Shown one piece after another: positions 28,101-40,445 of a stretch of 64,000 nt of DNA. Location of the stretch: contig NC_042997.1 of assembly GCF_006345805.1 (NCBI RefSeq), positions 137,082,001-137,146,000 of the forward strand, in the 5' to 3' direction. The notes below the pieces were generated by a model. That model was not told where the DNA came from and did not search any database. It saw only the letters and a program-made list of their open reading frames with translations. The position numbers and the translations under genes were made by a program. This DNA comes from Octopus sinensis. Taxonomy: Eukaryota. Position 1 is the stretch's first letter. Each line of letters opens with the position of its first letter.

Positions 28101-31100
28101 TGGGTTCAGTCCCACTGTGTGGAAAATTGAGTAGGTGTCCTTTACTTGTGAGTGGATTTGGTAAGCATAAACTTAAAGAAGCACATTGTATGTGTTTGTG
28201 ATTATGTGGAGAGAACATGTGGAAAGGGCAGACCCAGGTAGACAAAGTGGTGAAAAAGGATCTTCAGATGTTGGGTTTCACAGAGGCGATGACAAGGGAC
28301 CAAGACTTTGTGTGATTTGCTGTGCTTGAGAAGATACATTAAGCCAAGTACAATTGCAGTTGTCCTTGCATACAGGCATATCCCCAATACCCCTCTTCAG
28401 TTGAGCAATCCTAATTTTGTGTGCTAGTGGGTGCTGGTGTCATGTAAAAAGCACCTTTGCTTGTTCCACTTAAAAGCACTCAATACACTCTGTAAAGTGG
28501 TTGGCATTAGGTAGGGCATCCAGCTATAGAAACCATGCCAAAACAGACTTGGAGCCCAGGTAGCTCTTCAGCAGGCCAGCTCCTGTCAAACCATCCAAAC
28601 CATGCCAGCATGGAAAATGGATGTTAGATGATGATGGCTTGATATAATGCCTTGATATAAAGATTAGGCACTGTGATTGAAAATTAGTTACTGTATTATT
28701 TTTCTCTTTGATAAAGTGGTAAGAAATTCTGAAATTAATCACAAAGAGAAAAACATGATTTAGCTAGTGTATCTATTTCTCATATCATTGCTAAAGATGT
28801 TTTGAATTATATCTCTATCCCAGTTCTGTGAAGAGCTTTTTAATTTAGTTAATTAATTTAAGTTGACAACTTGACAACACTAAAAGACTAATTTTGCTCA
28901 ATTTAGTTCTCCACAAGGAAAATAGTAGCATATAGCTATTTGTAATATACACACACAATCTCAGATTGAATTGAATTTGTCTGTTCTAATTTGCATAACA
29001 CTGCAAATGTTGTTGACACAAATTACTTGTTTAACAGAGGCACTTCACAGCATTACGATAAAGGTGTAAATTTCATGTAAATTTAAACTTATGTGTTTTG
29101 TTGTAGACACATTTTTTAGCCTTGCTGCAAAAAACTAAATACTGTGGTTAAATCATGTTTTTCTCTCTGTGACCTATAAAAGTGATTGGCCTGACTAGTT
29201 TCAGCATTTCTTACAACTTCAGACAGAAAAAAATCTTGTTTTGACCATTGTATCTACTTTTCATAACAAGGGTAAAAATGTATGTTTACTAAAAATACTT
29301 GCTTATAAGTTAATCTTACATCCTTATTTATTCAACAACAATGACAAATGACCAAAACCTTTGTAGATATGCCATGCTTCAGAAGGCTCATTAAGCCAAG
29401 TGAGATAGTAGTTATGGCTGATGCTAGTGTTGCATAACTGGCACATAAAAAGCGCCCTTCAAATGTTGGGCAAAATGCTGTGTTTGAGAAGACTTGTCAA
29501 GCCAAGTGAAATCATAGTTGTGGCCAATGCCAGTGCTGTCTGACTGTTACCCCTGCCGGTAGCATGTAAATAGCATTGTTTGATCCTGATGGAGGCAGTG
29601 ACAGTTGACAGATCTTTGGCAATACACCATGCTTATGAAGACCAGTCAAGTGAAGTGAGATTGTAGTTGTGGCCAATGCCAGTGTCATGTCAATAGCACC
29701 CATTCTGGTGGCACATAAGATGCACCCACTATACTCTTGGAGTGGTTGGTGTTAGGAAGACCATCCAGCTGTAGAAACCATGCCAAATCAAATTGGAACC
29801 TGGTGCAGCTCCCTGTTTTCCAGTTTTCAGTCAAACTGTCCAACTCATGCCAGCATGGAAAGAGGACATTAAATGATGATGATGTATTGTGCTTCTATAA
29901 ATTAATTACACTCATTGCATGTGTATATATGTGTTTGTGCCCTTTTGTCATGACATCGTGCAAAAATTGTAAAGCAAATGTTACAGTTATACAAACAATC
30001 AGTGTCCTTTCCAGTCTTTTGTAAAAACATGTCCAGCCATGAGTAAATATCATCTTGTTTGGAAACAAGTTAGCTTTGGTGACAGCAAGGGCATCCAGCT
30101 GTAGATTTGCCTCAACAAATTCTGTCTGACCTGTTTATTTTTCCAAGCATGGAAAAATAAACATTGAAACAATGAAGATGACACTCACTCACATGCTATA
30201 TTTATTCATGTTGTAAGTTGCACCCTAAATTTAGTGTTAAATCTTGATACAAATTTTTTTCAGTCATAGTTTTTGCTTTGACTTCTGTATAAGCTGCACC
30301 CTAGGTTTTGTGAGTTAAAATCAAGTATGAAATAGTGCAACTTATACATTAGTAAATACAGTATATATATTCTTTGTGTGGTTGAGAAGCTTGCTTCTCA
30401 ACCACATGGATTTTTGGTTCAGTCCCTTTGTATAGCACCTTAGCCAAGTGCCTTCTATTATAATTTTGGGCCTTGTGAGTGGATTTGGTTGATAGAAACT
30501 GAAAGTAGCTCGTTGTATATATGTGTATGTGTGTGCACGTATACTTGTCTCGACATCACATTATGGCTGTAAATGAAGATTGCCATCATACAAGTGATGT
30601 TGTTCATTTTCAGTCTTCCATAAAGATTATCTGTTCTTGGAGAAATATTACATTGCTTGGAATTAAGTGAGGATTAATGAGCTGTAGAAAATTGCTTCAA
30701 TGAATTCTCTCTGATGCACTTTTTAAGCAAGCATGGAAAAGTGAATGTTAAAATGATGGTGATGATGATGAGGGGACCAAGTCAGTAGCTGGGGTGGATG
30801 CTCTGAAAATGTAGCTGCTAGAATGAGAATAGCCTGGGCAAAGTTCAGTGAGCTCCTACCTCTGCTGGTGACAAAGGGCCTCTCGCTCAGAGTAAAAGGT
30901 AGACTGTATAACGCATGTGTGCGAACAGCCATGCTACATGGCAGTGAAACATGGGCCATGACTGTTGAGGACATGCATGAGCGTACGAGGAATGAAGCCA
31001 GTATGCTCTGCTGGATGTGTAATGTCAGTGTTCATACCCAACAGAGTGTAAGTGCCCTGAGAGAAAAGTTTGATATAAGAAGTATCAGATATGGTGTTCA

Positions 31101-34100
31101 AGAGAGATGACTGCACTAGTATAGATGAGGACAGCTGTGTGAAAAAGGGTCATACCCTAGCAGTAAAGGGAACCTGTGGAAGAAATAGACCTGGGATGAG
31201 GTGTTGAAGCACGGCCTTCGAATGTTGGGCCTCACTGAGGTGATGACAAGTGACTGAGACCTTTGGAGATATGCTGTGCTTGAGAAGACCCGGCAAGCCA
31301 AGTAAGACTGTAACTGTGGCCTGTGCCAGTGCAGCATAACCAAACCATTTAAGAATACCCTGCAATCATTGGGCAATAAACTGCACTTGCAAAGACCTGT
31401 TGAGGCAAGTGAAGTTGTCGTTGTGGCCAATGACAGTATCACCTGATTGGCACCTGTGCCGGTGGCACATAAAAAGCACCATTTAAGCGTGGTTGATGCC
31501 AGTGCCGCCTGACTGGCTCTGTGCCAATGACATAAAAAGCACCGTTCAAGCGTCTTTATGGAATATTCTCTCTATTTCTTTACCTTATGAAAAAGTTAAA
31601 TCTTTGGTAAAGTTAGGCATAAGAGGCATCAGATGTGGTGTGCCAGAGAGACAACTGTGCTTGTATGGTCATGTGATGCTTATAGATGAGGACAGCTGTG
31701 TAAAGATGTGCTGATCTCTAACTGTTGAGGGAACCTATGGTAGGGGTAGACCCAGGAAGATATGGGATGAAGTGGTGAAGCATGATCTTCGAACTTCGAG
31801 CCTCACAGAGGCAATGACTAGTGACTGAGACCTTTAGTGACATGCTATGCTTGAGAAGACCAGTCAAACCAAGTGAAATCATAGTCATGGCTGATGTTGG
31901 TGTCATGTAACTGGCACCCATGCTGGTGACATGTAAAGAGCACCTTTTGAACATTGGGCTTCATGGAGGCACAGTGGCTGAGTTCCTTTCAAGTGTTGAC
32001 CCTCATGGTAGCAATGACCAAAACCTTTGGTGTTACATCATGCTTGAGAAGAAGACCCATCAAACCGAGCAAAATTTCAGTCATGGCAGTTACTGGTATC
32101 ATGCAAATGACATCTGTGCTGGTGGCACATAAAAGCCCCCATTACACTCTGGGATTGGTTGAAAACCATGCCAAATCAGACTGGAGTCTGGTGCAGCCTT
32201 CCAGCTTACCAGCCCTGGTCAAACCATCCAACCCATATCAGCATGGACAATGGACATTAAATGATGATGATGACACACACATATACAGAGTAAAGTGAGG
32301 AAGAGAGAGTGAGAGAGAGACACATTTGTATGTACCTTTGCACTGTTATAATTTTTCTCTAACTTCTATACTTCATGTTTTATGTTATATTATAATGGAT
32401 ATATGTATATGTATCTCTCTGTCTATATATATACCAGTAAAGTAACAATATTATTGTTTTTTTTTAAAACAGTGGAACTGCTCACATTAAATGTGTCTTG
32501 ACATTATTTGGTGATAACATAACTGAAGCGGTAAATATATTCTTTATCATTGTCTTTAAGTTGCAACAAAAAAAAAAGATTATTTCAATTTTGTAAATCA
32601 AAATTGTTTAAAGTTCTCAAGGTCTGAATAAATATTTCTGCTTCATGTGCATAAGTTTGCTTTCATTTTTGTATTCATGAAAAATAAAGATCGTATTTTA
32701 CCTTCTATAGCTCTGTCAGATGCAATTGAAGTCTTTTGTTATGTCACAACCACTATTTTGCTTTTCCAAAGTTTTTACTAGAGCTCCGTGATGTAAGATA
32801 AGAAACTAAGTCTTTTGTAAGCCTGCTTTTGTGCAACTAGTATATGTAGAAATCACTGAAAAAAATTGAAAGTTTTTGTGGAAGCTGCTTTTTCAAAGAT
32901 TAGTTCTCTATTAAAGTTATTAGATCTGAGCTCAATGGGATATTTACTGAAGATTGAGAAATTGCATTCCTGGGGATGTAACAGGCACAAATTAATAGGA
33001 GAGCTGTTACAAGGAAGCTTGATTTGCTGGAAATATCACCCAAATCTCTCTCAAATTGTATCCTCTTGAATAAGAAGTATACATTGGACAATGTTGTCCC
33101 TGATATACAAAAAATGGGATGGTTAGGGCTGGAATGCTTATGATCATAGGTTAACTCAATCAAAATTGATATTGGGTTAAACATTGACATGTACATGTTT
33201 TCAGCAGATCTTCAAATCTGTCTTTTCTCCTCTATCTTTATGAATATTAATGCATAGACAAATTGAAGACCTCAGATGTACACAGTTTCATGCTAATGGC
33301 TATGATACTGCCAAATCTTGTTGAACTTTTAGTAACATCAAATTCACTTGGCAGTAGTTTTGTTGTGGGTGTAAAATCAACTGTGAAATAAAGAAGAGTG
33401 GTTTATTGTGTAATTTATTAAGGTGGACTAGAGAAAAATGGGAGTATTCAAGAAACTTGAAAGACATACTTCAGGTAAGGGACAGGAATTTAGTTATAGA
33501 GATTTCTGTAACATTAGGTTATTATAATTGTAGCTTTTACACTCTCAATAGTTCTCTTGCATTGTCCATATTTACAAATGAATTATGTCCAATTGTGAGC
33601 AGTCAATGATTTTCTCCATGTGTCATTAAAATAATGATGTAATAAAATAATATATTTATATTATTAAAAACAATTTTCTAAATCAGTTTTGTTAAATTTT
33701 CTTTTTAATTACCTAACCAGGATATAAACTTCAAACATAAACAAGGGAACCATCATAGTTTATTCAAGACTTCAATACATCAAAGTTTACCCTGGAAATT
33801 ACAGCAAGTAAGTCTTTATTTGCTCTTTAATTGCTCATTCATTAAGTTATACAACTTAGTAAATTAACTGTTTTATAAAATCTTTCAAGTAGAATGAGAC
33901 AGAAAATGACTGTCAAACTATTTATTTTAATTCATCATTTGTTTTATTTTTATATATTGTACAAACTATATTTTCACTTCAGAATTCATTCAGCTCTTTG
34001 ATTCTATATCTTTTCTTAATTGCTTTTTGCAAAATTTTCATTATTACCTATTATTCAAGTCAAAAACCTTTTTTTTTTAAATAACATTAAAGAGTAGTTC

Positions 34101-37100
34101 TTTTGTAATAATATTAACAATGAATTCTGGGTTGCTAAAAGTTCTGAGATTTCTGATAGTGTTTTTACAATTCTTTCTTTTTGAAAAATTTTAGAAAGTC
34201 TGTAAAAAAAAGTTTAGTGATCACTGATGTAGTTCACTTATGTATTACAAAACCAAAACTGCATCACAATGACTAGGTGATCTTTTTAGAGCAGAAACTG
34301 TTTCAACTTTGAATATCTGCTAATCCAATACAAAGTCTAAATATATCCCACACTAGCGTGTTACACACCTGAGATGGAACAGCTGCTACTCATGCAATTA
34401 ACTTTTAAACTGCTTAAAAAAAGCCCCATTCAACTGATTGTGTAACTCACTCACACACTTTAACCTATTGCACACAAACACTATATATTCTCTGTCTCTT
34501 CTGCCATTACTAGAACAGTTCCTGTTTCTCTAAACTAAAAGTAAGCATGCACTATCCTAACTATGCTTACCTGATTAATCTGCCTATTCTCAAATTATCC
34601 ATACTACACTCCTTGCTCAAATCTTTATCATGAGTGCTGCAATTCTTTACGACTCAGTCTTTGTTCACATTTTCCCTATAGGCATTAGCCAACATTCTGA
34701 TGATGAACATTGAAATTCTTCCTTTAACTAAAACCTGAAGAAAATATTGCAAATATTTATAGGTGGTAACACTCAATCTTGAAAATAAACATTGTCATAT
34801 TTTGATTTTTTTTCTTTCTTTGAAAAAGTTGAATGATATTCAAACACTATTTGTTACGATGTAGTTTAATAGTAACTTGCTGATATTTTTATTTTCAGAT
34901 TCAAGATGCATACAACCATCTAAAATCTGCAGCATATTGCATATCTTTAAAAGAAAATTATGCTTTTAAGTCTGTCAGAGAAGTTACTTTGGTAATTTAA
35001 AATTTTCTTTCACTTTTTAGATTAACCCTTTAAGCCCTGATCTTATGAAAACTTATGTCAACTAAAATGGATAAATAGTTCTGTACCTGTATTCAAATAA
35101 ATTAGAGAAAGCTTGGCTAGAGGGGGGAATATGTTGAAGTAGGATCTTCTAGACAGTTGTTCAAATTGCTAATGTGAGATCAAAATCTTCCTTTCTTCAG
35201 CCCCACCCCCTTTTATTTTTTGTCTTAAAAAATGTAGCTAAAAGTTAGTTGAATAACTGTAAATCTACTTTTGGGCCACCCTGTATATATATGGATTTTT
35301 TTTTATATATGCATATTTGTGCCTGTAAATAAATGTATAAACAATCTAATTTAAAACCTACACATATTATGAAAGATCATAGTGAATGACACACGACCCC
35401 AGTCCTCGTCTTCTTAAAAAAGATAAACAAACAAGAGAAGTAGAAAGTAAATATATTAAAAATAAGAGAAAGGAAACCAAAAACAAAAAAAAATTGTCTT
35501 AAAAAGTAAAATACTGAACTCTTTTTTTGTTATTCTGAATTTTCAGTTTATTGATGAAGTCATGGAAAGTATTAAAAAAGGAAGGACTTGTTTGACATTT
35601 CCACGTCGTAAATCTGTTGAAGAATTGTTAAATAATCAAAATATGGTAAGATTTGATTTAGATTGATTTACTTCTTAAGGAATTGTGTTTTATTATCTGG
35701 ATTATTAATATTCATTTATACCTTCAGGACTATTTCAAGCTTTTAATAAATATTTTCTGATAATTCTTTTTTTTTTTAGTTACTTTTGTTTAATCTCCAA
35801 AAGAAAGTAATTATTTGAGACTTTAGTTAAGAAATCTCGATATCAGCTTTGAGGTTTTATTTAATACATGCATCGATTAGAAAATAATTTGCTTGATTAA
35901 TATTTAAATATAATGCATTATGATTTAAATGGCTGAGATTGTAATTCCAGAAAAATCTATCAGCTGATACAGATAAGAATTTCATCTTTAAACAAAGCTA
36001 TGACAAAATTTTAATTGAAAGTAATCTTGGGATAGCTGTTTGAACAATTTAATGAATTTTCAACCAGCAAACTATTGTTTCTACTATGTGAAGTTTACTT
36101 GCTACTTGAAAATATCTCTTTTCTTTTGAGCTAATAATTTCAATAAACATTGTTATATTGCTCAGCAACATCTTATAATTAGAAAACCTCTACTTGGTGT
36201 TTGCTTGCTAGGAAAAAAATTAGGCCTCATTGAATAATATAGTTCTAGATACATTATTCTTGACAAAAAAGACTGGATTTTCATGACTCCTAATCTCCTC
36301 CATATGGACTCTTGTGGATTTAAACAACATAAGTTTGAATTAATGTGTAAAAGTTTTGATTTATATCTTAATATATTTCATCCATTTATAAATTGTTTTA
36401 ATGTTTTAACTCAAGTCAGTTGATTTTGATGTTACGTTATGACACTTGGAATAAATTTTATAAAAAACTTAAAGTGAAATAAGTTAGGATACTGCAAATA
36501 TTCTTTTTCAAAGAAAGAGGAAATTGTATTCCAATGTTATTAATTCATTAAGTAATTACAAAGAAATGTGTTCCTAATGATTATCTAAATAATTATTTAA
36601 TTATCAATTATTGTTTATTATTAATTTAATATTAAATTTAGCAATAAACTTTAATATTTCTTGAAATGCTTTCTAATTTCTATAAAAATATTCTATTAGT
36701 TTTCATCCACAGCATTCTAATTTGGCATCATCTTCAAATGTGTAATGCTACTAATATTAAGCAAGAATCACAGGGAAAGATACTGTAGGGAATGCATTGC
36801 AAATAACTAATGAATAACCTTAGGTTACATCTGAAATTTAAATTACTTTTGATATCTTTTGCACTTAAATAATATTCTTAGGTGGCCTAAGGAAACATAC
36901 ACTCTGTTTAGCATTCTCAGAAAACCTTCACTTAGTTGTTAGCTTGCTAGGAAAAAACATTAGAATCTTCCCTAAATTAGGCCTCATTGAATAATATAGT
37001 TTATAAATGGATGAAATATATTAAGATATAAATCAAAACTTTTACACATTAATTCAAACTTATGTTGTTTAAATCCACAAGAGTCCATATGGAGGAGATT

Positions 37101-40100
37101 AGGAGTCATGAAAATCCAGTCTTTTTTGTCGAGAATAGTGTATCTAGAAGCCATGTGTTATAATGTTTCATCACTATTATCAATCCAATAGCTTATTGGA
37201 GTATGAAATAATTTGACCTTTTTAATTTTGTTTTTACCATTTAGCAAGTATTTCACCCAGCTGTACCAAATACTGTTGCTTTAAGTTTTTACATCCATAC
37301 ATCCAAATTGATACTTGCTCTGTATCAGATACATCGCAACAATCAAAAAATAGAAGTTTTGTCACGACACCAGGTATATAAATTTTTTATTTAAAAAAAC
37401 TTTTTATTAGAAAATGATGGTTCAGTGTTGTAATGATATTTATTTTCAATTCATCATGATGATTTAACCCTTTAGCATTTAAGCCAGCCATATCAGGCCC
37501 ATATATTCTTTGTTTTATTTTCAAAATGGCCAGATCTGGTCTCTCACACCTACCCTACAATGTCATTCTAAATCTCATTGAAACCTCAAAGTTACAAGAT
37601 TAATTCAAAACAATATGAATAAATAAGCATTATAGTTGACAGAATAATCTGAATGCTAAAGGGTTAAAAATTCATTAATTTTTCATTTTGAGAATTTTTT
37701 TTTTATGCTGTTCCAATATAGAAGCTTATATTTTACACTTTACACCTTTCTTTGCTCTAAATTTTGTTATTTATTACAATTTTCTTATTCTTAACTGGGA
37801 TTGAATAGCAAACATGTTTACTTTTAAAACAGAAAAACTTACAGAAATAAAGATCACATTATTGAGAAGCTTTACTTTTTCTCAAATGTAATCTATATGG
37901 TTTGCTTTGTTTTAAATGTATATAGTATATTATCATTTTTGTACTTGAATGTTGTAGCTAAGAGCTGAATATTTTTGTGCTATTTGATTTAAACTTTGGA
38001 TATTAGAAATGTAATAATTATTAAATGTTGAACTTTTTGTCTTCCATGTACCAACTTGATGACAAATAGTATTTTTATTTTATTATATCTGTCTAACATG
38101 ACACTATTGGAAGGCAGGTTTAGAGAGGGCACGGGCTAAAACTATGTGCCCTTCCCCTCCATTGGTTAGTTGAAGCTTAGGCAGTGTCATGTAACAGCTG
38201 GTGCTGGCTGTTGGAGCCTACTGGCGAGTATATAAAGGGAAATTTGGCAGGATGGTCATTTGCCCACTGACATTTGTTGACATTGCATCAAAGAAACCAA
38301 AGAACAAAAAAAAGTAGAAAGAAGAAATGCACTCAACACCAGAGCTGAAGACACTTCCATCGAAAATGGTAGAAGAGTAGGGGCCGAAACTGGATGTGGT
38401 TCCTCCTGATGATGTCTTTAGCCACTGGATCCTATAAAGGAGCTGTTGAGGTAGTGAACCCCAAAATGGGGTTGGAATTCCTTCCTGCCTAAATTCTTCA
38501 TTATTTTCAAAATTAATTGAAACACTGCCAATGTATTTCATTTGAAACTTGGTCCGTAAAGGAATATTGAAACCTACTCATGGTAATCATCTATGTTAGT
38601 TGCTTCAGTTATTTATAATTCACTTCTCAGTCGTCCCAGACTTGACTGAATGTATGTTTCCTTAGGCCATGTAAGAACATTTTCATCTATCTTCTTGTAC
38701 TATAAAATTTATCTTCCTTCTAATCAAATTTAATCTTTAAACTCAAAACAAAGATTTGAAGACTGCTTTAGAAGGAAAATGTCTTGCCTTAATATTCTAC
38801 AGAAGAGCCTGTGGTGGGGTCTCTTTCATTAAGAAAATGCTCAACTTCACACCACACAAGTCAATAAAAATGTTCTGGAATTGTTTGGATTCTCTCCATA
38901 CTTCCCAGATATTACTCTGTTAGACTTGTATTTATTTAGATGAGGAAAGTATGGTCAGCAAAGAAGACATAGAAAATGCATTAAATCATCCTCATTTAAC
39001 GTCCGCTTTCCATGCTAGCATGGGTTGGACGGTTCAACTGGAGTCTGGGGAGCCCGAAGGCTGCACCAGGCCAGTCAGATCTGGCTTCAAAACTCAAGGT
39101 ATTTTTCAAATTAGATACTGAAAAACTTACAATGGAAAGAAGTGATACAAAATTAAGAAACTTTTACAGATAATTAAGTTTGCAATATTAAATATATACT
39201 TTTAAATAAATACTAAAAATCAGACAGAATATGCAGCCTGATAATACTGAAATCAATATATTTGTCTTTTGTTTAATTAGCATATCATTGAATGACTATC
39301 TTTTATAATTCAGTGTAAATTATAAACCTAATGTTACCAAACCTTTTCAGGTTGAATGTACTGTAAAGTGGTTAAATGAAGCCATTATGTTGTTTACTCT
39401 TGCAATTCAACAATTACAGCAACTGAAAGACAAGGCTAGTATTTACTTTACTTACTCTTTAGCTTTGCTTTTAAATAAAACTAAACAACTGTTCAAAGCA
39501 GAAAGATTTTGTAATGCTGAAGATGAAACAATAGTCTCAGCTATGTAATACATGTGTGATGAACAAGAAATGGCATTAGAGACAATGAGTATGAAATATT
39601 TTGCATGTTATTTACATGTTGGAAAAGTGTAATATTGTAGGTGGGTCTTCCTGGTATGTGTGTGTCTGTCATGGTACTTTTAAATAAGACTTTAAATTTA
39701 TGAACCCATTATGAGTTGTTTACAAGGTTTCTGCTTTAGGAGGTTATGTAAATTGAGTAGAATGTGTCTGGATTGTTTGTGGATAACAGCCATGCATAGA
39801 ATGTTAGAATGGAGTGAGCAATAGTGTCATTTATGTAGGAATGCATGTATTTGGTTTTAAGTGAGTAGTTCATTCAGAAAGTGTGAGGCACATAATCTAT
39901 CTAAAGTATAATCAAGTTAATTGAGTAGGGGTCAAATTGAGCCCTGTTAATAGGACTGTATAAGTGTTTGTGGAAATTTCACATTAACACATACTATTGA
40001 ATATTGTAAGTAGTCTGTCTTTGGTTGATTATGATGACATTTACATACATATTTTTTTTTAATTGCAATTTACTGAGAACATTCTTCAGAAAATTTATCT

Positions 40101-40445
40101 TTCTTTCTTAACCCTTTAGTATTTAAACTGGTCTTATCTGGCTCAAATATCCTACCTGTTTTTTATTCAAACTGACCAAATCCAGCTTCTTACACATTTC
40201 TAAAAATAAACAATCACATCATCAAAATCTTGAAGCTATGAGATAATGCATGATTTCATTCAAAACATTGTGAATAACTAAGCATATTTAACCTGAATGT
40301 TAAAGGGTTAAAATTTTATGGGTTTTTTTAAAAAACTTTTTACATAGCCTGTATAAAAATAGTAAAGTATAATTTTCTATTCTTACAGATTCAGTCACTG
40401 CAGTATTTTGAAGAAACTTCGCATTTTATAAATGTAAAATCCTGA
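18313..40445 (+). CDS. ROGDI: Protein rogdi homolog (Rav2-like, rabconnectin-3 associated; 273 aa, 11 exons)
   Basis: join(18313..18351,22602..22673,25180..25228,27494..27548,32473..32530,33721..33807,34899..34991,35547..35645,37245..37373,39351..39434,40389..40445) = 822 nt, open frame. Motifs ELSWLLNEELHHVL, LTLFGDNITEADI, WKLQQIQDAYNH and VECTVKWLNEA...QQLKDKI match Rogdi as recalled. Missed by the ORF track because the exons are short. The last donor is GC. Confidence 0.92.
20770..22488 (+). mobile_element. RTE LINE, 5'-truncated and decayed (ROGDI intron 1)
   Basis: IPNDW..STIVNCYKGKGD, FVDMEKAFDRV, HQG.VLSP and LHGSETW remnants; 3' terminus and (GAT)n tail. Confidence 0.9.
24752..24960 (+). 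mobile_element. 5'-truncated SINE with (TAAAAGAG)n tail
   Basis: CpG-rich island in an AT-rich intron, short tandem tail, flanked by the direct repeat ATAGTT (24746-24751 and 24961-24966). Confidence 0.7.
26070..27283 (+). mobile_element. RTE LINE 3' part (ROGDI intron 3)
   Basis: Highly similar to 290-1258; includes the ORF2 C-terminus, 3' UTR repeat array and (GAT)n tail. Confidence 0.92.
28055..28635 (+). mobile_element. tRNA-headed SINE fragment followed by an RTE 3' fragment
   Basis: TGGCTGTGTGGTTAA...GGGTTCAGTCCC (A/B-box-like) at 28059-28113, then GRPR..W-type RTE remnant and the RTE 3' terminus with (GAT)n. Confidence 0.7.
29340..32273 (+). mobile_element. Cluster of nested or tandem RTE fragments and RTE-tailed SINEs (ROGDI intron 4)
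   Basis: RTE-type termini with (GAT)n at ~29883, ~30180, ~30770 and ~32273; ORF2 remnants at 30770-31300 and 31600-31870; SINE head at ~30375. Confidence 0.85.
36243..37149. repeat. 150-bp near-perfect inverted repeat (arms 36243-36392 and 37000-37149)
   Basis: Base-by-base comparison gives 148/150 identity between the left arm and the reverse complement of the right arm. Confidence 0.95.
37464..37667. mobile_element. Non-autonomous piggyBac-type MITE
   Basis: TTAA-CCCTTTAGCATT ... AATGCTAAAGGG-TTAA termini, ~200 bp. Confidence 0.85.
40108..40311. mobile_element. piggyBac-type MITE, same family as 37464-37667
   Basis: TTAACCCTTTAG ... TAAAGGGTTAA termini and similar internal sequence. Confidence 0.85.

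Noticed and set aside
34697-34716. CTGATGA...GAAA spacing suggestive of a hammerhead (similar at ~54189)
   Set aside because: No convincing stems I-III or NUH cleavage triplet.
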